A DNA stretch of 64,000 bases from Vicugna vicugna (taxonomy: Eukaryota). How positions within the stretch are numbered: position 1 is the stretch's first letter; each line of letters opens with the position of its first letter. This document shows, in pieces, positions 47,285 to 57,818 of this stretch. The DNA is taken from contig MU057887.1 in assembly GCA_013265495.1 (NCBI GenBank), positions 2,389,576-2,453,575 of the forward strand, read 5' to 3'. Under the pieces are notes generated by a model. That model had not been told where the DNA came from, made no database searches, and worked only from the letters and a program-made list of their open reading frames with translations. Position numbers and translations under genes: made by a program.

Positions 47285-50200
47285 CCCAGGGAGCCTGATC
47301 CTGGCAGGAGGATAAAGGCCGCTGCCCACAGAGGGTCCCTGGCTGCAGTGGGGGCTGCCCTCTCCTTCGGTGGACGTGTTAGCAGCTTCTCGGCACAGGA
47401 GATAGGCTCACAGTTTGGGAAAGTGGCCAGAAACCAGGATGTACTTACTTTTTTTCTTGCTACGATGAAGCAAATGTGAGGTCTAACCGTGATGTAATAA
47501 GACTGATTGGAGCCCTGGATGAGTCCATCCGGTTCCCAGCCCAACCTGAAGCACGGGTCCTTTCAAATCCAATATTGTTTCTTAAAATAAATCCTGCAAA
47601 TGACTTCCTATCAAGGGAAAGGCAGATCTCGGCCATTTAATGATGGCCTGGAGATTAATGTACGAGTGAAATTTTCTCTGGCTGAATTGTGAAATTATTT
47701 TCAAATTTTGCCCTGGAAAGAAGTATTTCATTTGTCTAACACTTGGAATTTTGTCGTAAACACATGATGGCTTTGTGAAGGCAGAAAACAAATGACACCA
47801 ATGATGTCCGTCACTCCAGCAGCACAGGGACACCGGGGCAGGTGAGAGGGCCCTCCGCCCTCCCTCGGCAGCTGATGGGGGTGGGGCAGGCCCTCTGCGG
47901 GCAGGCTGTCCTCTTCCCTGCGTTGAGAAATGAATTGATGAGTGTTTCGGGGACATTTCGGTCGCGTTGGCAGAGCAGCTGGGTTAACAGTCTGTAGGTG
48001 ACGTGATGAGGAAGGGGGAGTGGGAGTGATTCCTGGGCCCCCCAGGACCACGGCACTATCCGCGAGGAAGCTGGGAGGAGGGTCAGGGCTGGGGGAGGAG
48101 GGTCGCTGGCCCGGGGCTCACTGAGTTGAGATGTCTGTGTGTGTGGAGCCTGGTTACAGCACGAGGTGAGAGGCAGAAGCCGCGTGGGGCTGGGGAGAGT
48201 CCCGGGGCTTTGAAAAGGTTTCGGAGGCGTCACCCCTGGCTGAGAAGCTCCCCAACGTGGCAAGTCCGGTCAGGAGCAAGGGAGGCAGGGCCGGAAGCCA
48301 GCGACCCACTTCGCTCAGGCGGCAGCCAGGGCAGGACCAGAAACATCTGTTGAGTCAGGACCTGGAAGCCAGAGGGAGCCCGCCACCCCTCTGACCTGCC
48401 ACCCTGTCCAGCTGAAAGGAGACGGACGTAGCTGAGGAGCCGGAGGAGAGCCGCGGCATCACTGGGTAACCAAGGAGGGAACTCCTCCAGCAGACGGAAG
48501 CCCTCACGATTTCTGGAAAAAATAAAGGAGATGGAGCTGGAGTGCCAGGGAAACGCAGAGTGAAGCAGGACCCCAAGTGCTGAAGGGGTGTATGAAGGAC
48601 CGAGGAAAGCCGTCCACTGCCCACAAACCTGCGCTCACGCATGCAGCCCCGTCTTGGCTGGGGAGCCTCTTCCCTGCCTCCGCTTTATTATGAGCACGTG
48701 GGATTTTCATCTTTTGCCTGAAGACTTTGCCACGTCTCTGCCAACAGCAGCCCCAATGGCAGTGGCGTGGTCTGTCCCAGAGTCACCTGCAGCACGTCTG
48801 CGGGGACTGCGGACCCGGGGCTGCCGCCCCTGCCTCTGATTCCTCATCCTTAGATTCCCCCATGGGCCAACACGCACACAGAATCAATGAGGAGAAACCC
48901 TTCCTTCATAAAAGGATGCAAAATACAGACCGACCCGCTGCCCGCTCTGCTGACGGGCAAGGGCAGGCGCTCCTGCTGGGGAGGCTCCTCCGGGACAGTG
49001 GGGCGTCCCACCGCCCTCATCCCTTAAGGGCCTTACGAATTACAGCAGAGGACCGGAAAAAATCCACGTGTCTCTGGAATCCCAGAAAATGGAGGCTAAG
49101 AGGAACTTTAATGATTATGGAATTTGAAATGTTTAATGTGCTCGGGAGACCACTAAGACACTGTGATACATTAAGCTTGAGAAACTAAACTCATCAGCTT
49201 GTGTGAAAGCAGATGTCTCCTTATCCCGGCCTGTAGCGGACGGGCGGTCCCGGGCGCAGGGGCTGTGGCAGACCCGGGGGTCCGCCCCTGGACCCAGACG
49301 ATTCTGTCCTGGCCTGTCTCTCCTGCTGTTTGGAGAAATGCCACTCCCTGGAGTCGAAGGCAGGAGCTGCCGGGAGCGGGGGACGTAAGGGGGACCCCAG
49401 GATCCAGACCGAACAGTGTGGTCCCAGCCCAGACCCGCATTGGCCATCTGGAAACTGGCAGGGAGGGGAGGCGCCCGCACAGGTGCTCCCTGCCAGAGTC
49501 AGGACGTGGAAGCCCCTTCCTTCCTCCAGTCCTGCCCCCCGTAAGTCACTGCTATTCTTTCTTACTGAGCCCTCCCTGCTGAAGGCCCCTGGCTGGGCCC
49601 CAAGGGGGGAGCTGGAACAGGCGGCGTGTGCATCCTGGGGGTGCGCCCTCTCGGCTCCCTGAGTGATGAGCCTGCCCCCCAAGACGACTGCCCTGACCTC
49701 CTCCCCGCGGAGGGACACGAAGCACCTTTGGGTGAAAATGCATCCGTCTCTGAGGCTTAAAGGTGCACGTCCTTTGCTGGGGAGGCTGTGGTGACTTACA
49801 AAAGCCCGTGTGCACGCCGGCGCCCGCACACAGGCTCTCCCTCCCTCTTTCCCTCAGCACCTGCGATTAGCGTCGGGTTCTTAGCGTGTGGGCTCGCACA
49901 CCTTGTCAAAACACCACCTCTCAGCTCGCAGGACAGCTGCCCGCAGGCCAGCCGGACGCAGCCTGCCCTGCGCAGGGCCGGGTCACCTGTGCTTGCCGCC
50001 TTCACCCGGACCGGAGGGTCCTCGGCTGCAGCGCCGCCCAGACGCCTCAGGGATAGAGGGAAACGCGCAGGTCCTTACAGGAGGCTCGTGTGAGCCGGGC
50101 GCCCAGACGGGAAAAGACGGCAACGCACATACAGACACACGTGTGCACACACACACGTAGGTGCCTAGAACTAAAATAATCTCACTGATGACAGCGGGTG

Positions 50201-50570
50201 CAGGAGCCCTGCCCAGCCCCGCCTTGTTCCATGTGACTCTGCGGCTTCTTCCGCCAAGAGGGGGTCGCCGTCCCACCCTCTGAACCCGGGATGGCCAAGG
50301 GACGTCCCTGGAAGGTCACAGAAGCGCGGAGGGCCAGCCCCCTTCCAGCCAGAAGAGGCCCCACCAGCCCTGGTCCCTTCTCCGGAAACCCTGGCTCCAC
50401 GTGGGCGCAGGCGGGGCGGGCAGGCTGGGATGAGCCGCGGCGCGCGAGCCCGGCTGAATCTCGCTGAGCCCAGCTGGTGGCCGCAGACCCCCCCCCCCAG
50501 CCAGACCGTGGACTTCCGAGCAGGGGCGAAGCACTGCCGGCCTTGAGATGGCAAGTTACTCAGGGGCCGC

Positions 50571-51101
50571 TGAGGGAAAAGCCAGCAGCCTGTCAGCTGG
50601 AAATCACGACAAAGGACAACCCGGCGCTTCCGCCCCAGCGACACAGGGAAATGAGGGCGAGGGGGGGCCGCGTCCCACCACGTGCGGGTCCCCGGCGAGT
50701 GAGCCACAGTTGAGTAAAGGAGGGTTTATTCAGACAGGTGACCCTCGTGGACAGAACGCGGCTGTCTCGAGGGGCGAGAGCGGCAGCTCACAGCACGGGG
50801 CCCTGCAGGGACGTGAGACCGGCCCGGGGGTGGGGGTAGGTTTTATGGCTAACTCGTGGGAGGTCACTCCAGTTACTTTGGGGGAGGGCGGGGATCCCAG
50901 GCATTGGGCCGCTGCCCACTTTGACCTTCTATGGGCAGCCTTGAAGCTGTGGCGGCGCCTCTGGGAGGGCCGCGTAGCAGCTGATACACTGCAGTGGGCG
51001 TTTACCGAAGGTCAAGGTCTGGTGGGCGCTGAACCTTGCGCCATCTTGGCGCTAATGGCCGTGCCATTCTTCTCGCGGTTGTGCCCTGCCCTCCTGTCTC
51101 A
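50571..51101 (-). mobile_element. Solo ERV1-class LTR (laurasiatherian type), CpG-rich
   Basis: Inverted termini tgag...ctca, reverse AATAAA (gggtttattc), gcccactttgaccttctatgg, gccatcttgg, gttgtgccctgccctcctgtctca; 4-bp TSD ccgc/ccac. Confidence 0.85.
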
Positions 51102-51339
51102 CCACAGCCCGGGGGGGTCGGGCCCAGGACTGAGCTTTCTGGAAGGATGTGGCGGAGACAGGTGAAGACTTAGAGGGAGCAGATAAACGGCTGCTGGGTC
51201 GAAGCAGCCTGGGGCTGCCCGAGCCGCCAGCAGCCGGCCTCGCTGACAACGGGCAAGTGCTGAAACGCACGCCGTATTTGCACAATCAGCGCCCCATCTT
51301 TACAGCCCTGCCAGGTGGGCACCATTATCACCTCTTTTT

Positions 51340-51860
51340 GCAGGTTCCCAAGGCGGGGACGCAGAGGCGGAAGCCAGCCGCCCAGGGTCACAGAGCGCGC
51401 CCCGCGCGGACTCAGAGCGCCCCGCCCCGATCTGCGGGACGGCGCGGAGCCCAGGACCGGCTCCAGGAGGGCTGACCAGATGGACGGCGAGCCTCGTGGG
51501 CGGTCCCGGCGCGTGGTTGCGGGAAGGGGAGACGCACGTCTCGGGTCCGGGAGGGGGGCGGGGGGCCGTGGGCGTCACGCCAGGCGGCTCGCGCCGTCCC
51601 CGCGGCGGGCGGAGGCGGAGTGTGACGAGGCTTTGAGACAGCCGGGCGGGGGCGGGGCGCGGCGTGGTGGGAGGAGCCGTGAGCCGCGCCGCCGCGCGGG
51701 GGCCCTCGTCGAGCCGGGTCCGCTGCCGCTCTCGGACGCGGGCTCTGCCCGAGTCTCCTTGACATTTGGGAATCTCTGCGCCCAGAACACGGTGCCCTGG
51801 AATCCTCGTTGCCACCGAGTGATTTCGAGAGCGCCGGGGTCACCGAGCCTTGCGGAATTT
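51340..51860. promoter_or_regulatory. CpG island 3 with GC boxes and G4-prone runs
   Basis: Very dense CpG; multiple GGGCGG; gggcgggggcggggcgcggcgtggtggg near 51643-51670. Confidence 0.85.
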
Positions 51861-52859
51861 CTAAAGAAAAAGAGGGCATTTGCAAATGAGGGCACTTCCC
51901 CCATCACCAAAGAGAAGATGGAGGAACAGAGAGGTTAATTAATTTTCTCTGAGGTCTCCCCGGGAGTCAACTGCTTAACTGGATAAGAAAATTTAACTCT
52001 AATGATTTTACGAGTGATGCGCTCAGCGTCCACCCGCCTGTTCACCACGTCGCCACTCGCGCTCCGCATCCACCAGCCAGTCCCGGGCCCACTCCTGCCC
52101 CCAGTGTCCCCGCTGGGAGCCCTTGGTGACCCTTTGATTGATGAAATGCCCTCACAAACGCCATGTCCTTCGATCCGGGGACCACCCCCTGCCACGGGCA
52201 TTTTTACCACGTGCATTTTGCAAACAGCTGGTGTGGACGGAGCTGCTTCTACACACAGGGCTTCTAGTGGCCGCGAGCTGAGGGGGTGCAGCCCTGGTAA
52301 CCCGGCATCCTGCGGGGAGAAGGCAGGCTGTGGTGGGATGAGGACCAAGCCGGGTGCCGCTGGCCCTGCTCCAGACGCCTGGGCGGGAGGACGTCTGTGG
52401 CAAGAAGAGGCGTCCTGGTCTGGACAGGTGATGGTGGAGGCGGTGGGGCGGGTGCAGTGGGGAGGCTCCAGAATGGTCGGGAGGCAGCCCAGTGGACGTG
52501 TGTCCTTCTCAAGGGCTCACAATTGGGGGAGGTCTCTGGGGAGCCACCCATTTCCCTCCCAGAAATGTGCCGCTGAAAACCGCAGCTCCCCCTCCCCTTG
52601 GGCTGGTCAGCTCTGACTCACCTCGGAGGCTCTGCCTCCCGGGGGCTCCCCATCTGAAGGGACCCCCGGAAGCCTGGCTGGAGGCCCTTCGAGGCCCCCT
52701 GGGACTGCGTTCCCATTCCCGCACAAGTCCCTATCTGCAGTGTCACCGCCTATCTGACCCCCGGGGCAGGAGCATCGGCCCCCACGTGCTCCCCGTGCCA
52801 CCGCGGTCCCGGGGAACACCGCTCGTCCGGGAGCATCGCTGAGGGGGCGGCGTCGGGAT

Positions 52860-53010
52860 GACTGCGTGAACCGCTGTGTCCCCAGTCTGCACTGCAGGAT
52901 CAGTGCATATTAGGAGCTTAATAAACATTCTCCCGGTGAGTGAATGGACGTCCTAGCTGTGTGACTTGGGCACTTGGTTTTGCTTCTTTAGTTAAAAAGG
53001 TCACTTCTGC
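52860..53010 (+). mobile_element. L2 3' tail followed by MIR fragment
   Basis: taggagcttaataaacattctcccggtgagtgaatgga, then ctagctgtgtgacttgggcac. Confidence 0.6.
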
Positions 53011-54682
53011 AAAGAATGTGAGCACGGGCTCCAGGCTCCCTTGGCTTCCATGCAGGGCTGATCCGGGCCCAGACACAGCGGGGCCCGATTCCTGGAACCT
53101 GTGAGTGTTCCTCGATGCCGTGAAAGAGACTTTGCGCACGTGGCTGAGCTAAGGGCTGAGAGGGGAGGCGGCCTTGGGGCAGCCAGACGCACCCAGACGC
53201 AGCCCGAGGGCCCCTAGCAGAGGGAGGCAGGGAGGCTAGATCACAGAGCAGGAGCAAGCGGAGGTGGACTCAGAAGCCACGGAGGATCAGAGACGGATCT
53301 TCCCCTGGAGGCTGCAGGAAGGAGGCAGCCCCGCCTGCGCCCGGTGGCGCGGAGTTCACACTTCAGACCCTCGCCCTGCAGGGGGGCGTGGGGAGGGGGG
53401 GCGCCCAGCTCGTGGGAGTTTGTCACAGAAGCTGCAGGAAAATCTGACAACCTCCAACCGTCCTTGACGGCGGAACAGTCTGCTGGACACACAGCCCTGT
53501 GTGACCCCCGCTCCTGGCCCAGGAGCCAGGTGGGTCCCACTTGCCCCAAGGCCAAGCTTGTCCTCCCTGCGCTGCTGACCACGTCCCTAGCAGCCCCCCG
53601 GGAGGGCGTCGAGGGGAGAGCCATGCTCTTTCTCGAGGCAGCAGCTGTGACTCACGCCACACCCAGGCTGGAGGGAGGTGGCCCCTGTGCCTCGGCTGCG
53701 TGGCCTTGGCCAGGCGCCCACCTCCTGCCACCATCACTACTGGCAGCAAAAGCCACAGGTCTCTTCAAGAAACAAGTCACAGAGAACAAGTGTCCCGTCT
53801 CCGGAATCACCTCACGACCCTCTCCTCCTTGGCGCCCTTGCACTTTCTGGTCACCAGGCTGTTCTTAACCTGTGTCGCCACGAACACAGGTCGGCAGAGT
53901 CAGACACGTGCCGAAATGCGCCCAGGACTTGATATCTTTGAACTTGTTCTGTGAGAAAACAGACCGTTCCTTAGGTGAGCACTGAAGCCACGCCTTCCAC
54001 GCCAGGAGAGCACGGGCTTCTCTGGAAAGTCGGCACTCATCCTAACCTCCATCCGGTTGCCTGACTGTGAACAGCAAGCCTGGTTACCCGTCTGCGGTCT
54101 GAGCAGGTCACCCACCTGCCACGCCCACCCACTCCCCAGGGGCTCAGGGGCTGCTGGAAGCGGGTGTCTCCCTCCCAGACGGGGAGCATGGTGCCAACTT
54201 TCACTCAGGACTGTCCCCCAGAATCCGCCGTCAGGACGCCAGGACTCCTCTGCCGGGTCCGCAACCTCTCCATCGCTGCTGCCAAATTGATCTGTCCACT
54301 ATTAAAAACGCAGCAGATGGCACATCAAGTCGAAAGCACTTCCAAAACGACACCCATTCCAACTCTGGGAGGCAAGTAAAGTCTGATTAATCCTCTGGAA
54401 CAGGAGCCTCCACCTCCAGCTCAGGGAACGTGTGGTTCTCTCTGTCCGCCTTTGACCATTTTCTGGAGTAGCAGGGAAGTGCCTGCTCAAGACACGGCAG
54501 CGTCTGGCCAAGGGGGCGGGACGCGGGTACCCTTGGCTGGCGGCTCCCTCCGGGACGCCCACTGAGGCCTGGCTCCCTTCTCCTCTCTCCCTGGTGTTTG
54601 TTTACCACCCTCAGTGCCATGGCGACACTCAGCTCCTCTGTTTCCTGCTAGGAGGCCGGGCAGACCCGCCTGCTCTGTAGTC

Positions 54683-55108
54683 TGTATGAGTGTCTGGCAG
54701 CCGCTCTGACAAATGGCCACAAGCTGGGGGCCTAAAACAACAGAAATCCACTCTCGCCCAGCCCTGGAGGGGAGCAGTCCAAAATCAAGGTGTCCCCGGG
54801 TCCATGTTCCCTCTGAAGCCTCCCGGGGAGGACCCTTCCTGCCTCCTCCAGGTCCTGCTGGCTCCTCGGCCTGCGGCCATGCCCCTCCAACCTCTGCTCC
54901 GTGTTCACAGGGCCTTCCCCCGTGTCCCTAATCTCCACCCCCCTCTCTGGTGACACGTATCATTGAGCTTAGGACCCACTCGAATCCAGGACTCACCTTG
55001 GGGTCCTTACCTGTATCTGCAGACCCTTTATCCAAACAAGGTCACTATCACAGGCTCAGGGTCAGGATGCGGAGAGATATTCTGAGGGGTCACCATTCAG
55101 CTCGCAGC
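54683..55108 (-). mobile_element. MLT1 (MaLR) LTR, near full length
   Basis: tgtatgagt...ccacaagctgggggcctaaaacaacagaaat...gtccaaaatcaaggtgtc...ttccctctgaagcctc...tatctgcagaccctttatccaaacaaggtcac...caccattcag. Confidence 0.88.
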
Positions 55109-55305
55109 CCCGCAGGTGATGCCCTTGCTTTTGCTGGTTTGTAAGGATTCATTTTTTTTTAGGGCGTGGAGATCACTGTCATGTTACAAAGTGAGTCTGC
55201 TTTGCCTGTAAGAAAAAAAAGCAAGAAGGTTCTCAGAGAGGAGGGGCCGCTGGCTGCCCCACGGGCCTGGGCTTCGTTCTGGTCCCAACACTGGCGTCAC
55301 CACAC

Positions 55306-55603
55306 TGCTTAGTCAGCTGTGACAAAGGGCCAGCACGGTGTTTGCAGGGCCCGCTCCTCCTGAGGCCTCTCTCCTTGGCGTGTCGACAGCGTCTTCTCCC
55401 GTGTCCGCACGGGGCGTCCCTCTGTGCGTGTCTGTGTCCCCACCGCCTCTTCCTAGAAGGACCCCAGCCTTACTGGCTGAAGGCCCACCTGTCCGTCCTC
55501 GTGTCCCTCTGCCCCCTCTTTGCTGGCCCTGTCTCCAGCACAGCCACAGTGGGGAGGGGCTTTGACACCCACATTTCGTGGGAGACACAGCTCAGCTCAG
55601 AGC
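55306..55603 (-). mobile_element. MLT1A-like LTR, internally deleted
   Basis: ctcctgaggcctctctccttggcgtgtcgacagcgtcttctcccgtgtccgcacgggg...ctcttcctagaaggaccccagcc...ggccctgtctccagcacagccac. Confidence 0.8.
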
Positions 55604-57102
55604 CCCTCACACTGCCCTGCAGTTTGCAAGCCCCTGCCCTTGGTTCGCCCCACCTAAGGTGTGTCCAGTCCCTGCTGTGTGCCTGCATCTAGGCCGGGGG
55701 TGGAGGGACAGCGAGGGAGAAACTTGGCCTTGCTGGTGGCCCTGGTGGGGCACCCCCCTCCCTCAGCTTGAACCTTGGATGTGAAGCACCCGCCCTTCCC
55801 ACAGGAAGGATGTTGAATCTCCAGTGGGGTCAAGGAAGAGGTGGCCAGCCTCTGGTTGACATGTGGCTGTTGGGCCTCGTGATGGGGCAGGGACACACGC
55901 GGTGGTGTCACCACTGTGTGGTGCGGGCCAGGCTCTGATAAGGGGCCCACCTCATGACCTCGCTCAACCTCAATTACTTCTTTGGGTTTTGTGTGACCAT
56001 CCCGTCCACCGTGAAGCCCCAAATATTGCATGGAACAAAATTACACTAAAAGATGCTCAGTGTTTAACTGAAATTCAGATGTAACTGGTCATCCTGTATT
56101 TTATCTGACGACTCTAGCTTAAACCCAACCTTCCGGAGGAGGCGTTAGTGGCCGGAGACTCAGACCTCATGGGGTCCCGTGGCTCACTCAGCCCACAGAC
56201 GTTCTGGCCTTGGCACAGAGGACACGGCCCTTTGAACGTCCAGTGCTCAGCTGGTGTCCAGCCTGCTTGAGTCCTGGGCCTGGAGGCAGGTGGCCTCCCA
56301 GTGGCCCCTGGCACCTGTCCCAGCTCCACCGTGAATCGGCTGTCTCTCCCATGTGCTCTGAGAGAACACACATTCGCAGATCTGATGAGAGCTACAGCCA
56401 TTTTGCACAAATCTAGTGAAACAAACCCTAGTCTCTCATTTCAGGAGACAGAAAAGACCCTCAGCTCACACGGCCTCCGACTCCAAGATGAGGCCAATTG
56501 CTTGGTGTGCCCGACGGACGGGCCGTGGGGCGGGCCATTTTAACTGCCTTCCCCCTAGAGCCCAGCGTTCCTTGTAGCCATAACTGTGCTATCACCTTCA
56601 GCCGCTCCCCAGCTCTGAAACAACGAATAATTTTCAAAGAATGGAATTTCCGTTTTAAAGCTATCCAAACTCAACGGAGGGCTTCACATGAGAAATAAAA
56701 TCTGCATGTACCACGCAGAGATACCACACCTGCTGTCTGCAGGCTGCTTCCCGGCGTTGAGTGTCAGGTGCGTGGGAGCCTCGGGCGACCCCACGGCATG
56801 AGGAGCGGCAGGAGCCCACGTGCCGCGTCTTCCTCTTCCCAGGCTCTGTGCTGATGCTGGTCATTCCAGGCCCACCGCTCAGACGTGAGCCTCCGCTGGG
56901 ACGCGGGCGGCGGGGCACTGACTGTGCTCCCAGGGACACTTCCACCCTGTCGGGAGCTTTCACTCAAAATGAACTCAGATGGGTGAATCCAGCTGTGCCA
57001 GGGCCAATCCTGTAACTGGGATGTTTTCAAAATCGAAGTCCGTGTAGACTAGGCTGCTTATTAAAGGTTAAATAATAAAAATAAGCTGATTGGAAATTTT
57101 TA

Positions 57103-57199
57103 TGTGTGTGTGTATACATGTGTGTATGTGTGTATATGGAGGTATGAGAGAATGTATGTGTGTGTGAGTGTATGTGTGTGTGTGTGTGAATGTGTGTGC
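57103..57199. repeat. Degenerate (TG)n microsatellite
   Basis: tgtgtgtgtgtatacatgtgtgtatgtgtgta...tgtgtgtgtgtgtgtgaatgtgtgtgc. Confidence 0.9.
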
Positions 57200-57321
57200 A
57201 CTCGTGGGCAATGAAACTGCATCGTAAACAGGGCAATCGTTAGCACCTAGGGAAAAAAAAGGTTTTTCTGGGGGGGATTGAAAGGTATTATATCCTGTTC
57301 AGAATTACAGGTGAGAAGTGG

Positions 57322-57818
57322 CAATAAAAAGAAGTCGTGGTATATATGCGTAATGGAACACCACTCGGCCACAAAAAGAATAAAAGAATGCCATTTGTGG
57401 CAACATGGATGGACCTGGAAATCATCATTCTAAGGGAAGTAAGTCAAATAGAGAAAGAAAAATACCATTTGATGTCACTCATACGTGGAATCTAAAAAGA
57501 AAAAAGAAGACACTAATGAACTCGTCTACAAAACAGAGAGACTTACAGACATAGTAAATCAACCTATGGTCACCGGGGCGTCGGGGGGAGGGAAGGGTAA
57601 ATTGGGAGCTCGAGATTTGCAGATGGTAACTACTATATGTAAAATAAACAAAAAGAGTTTCTTCTGTAGAGCACAGGGAACTATATTCAACGTCTGACAA
57701 TAATCTTTAACGAAAAAGCGTGTGAAAAGGAATACGCGCATGTATTTGCGTGGCCGGGACGTGACGCTGCGCACCTGACACTGACACGCGGTAACTGACT
57801 GTTCACCTTGGAAAAAAA
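57322..57818 (+). mobile_element. 5'-truncated camelid-type LINE-1 (ORF2 end plus 3' UTR)
   Basis: aatgccatttgtggcaacatggatggacctggaaatcatcattctaag...gtggaatctaaaaag...acagacatagtaaa...gcacagggaactatattcaa. Confidence 0.93.

Noticed and set aside
50548..52616. Three ~205-aa ORFs in series
   Set aside because: They overlap an LTR and a CpG island; Arg/Gly/Pro-rich translations without motifs.
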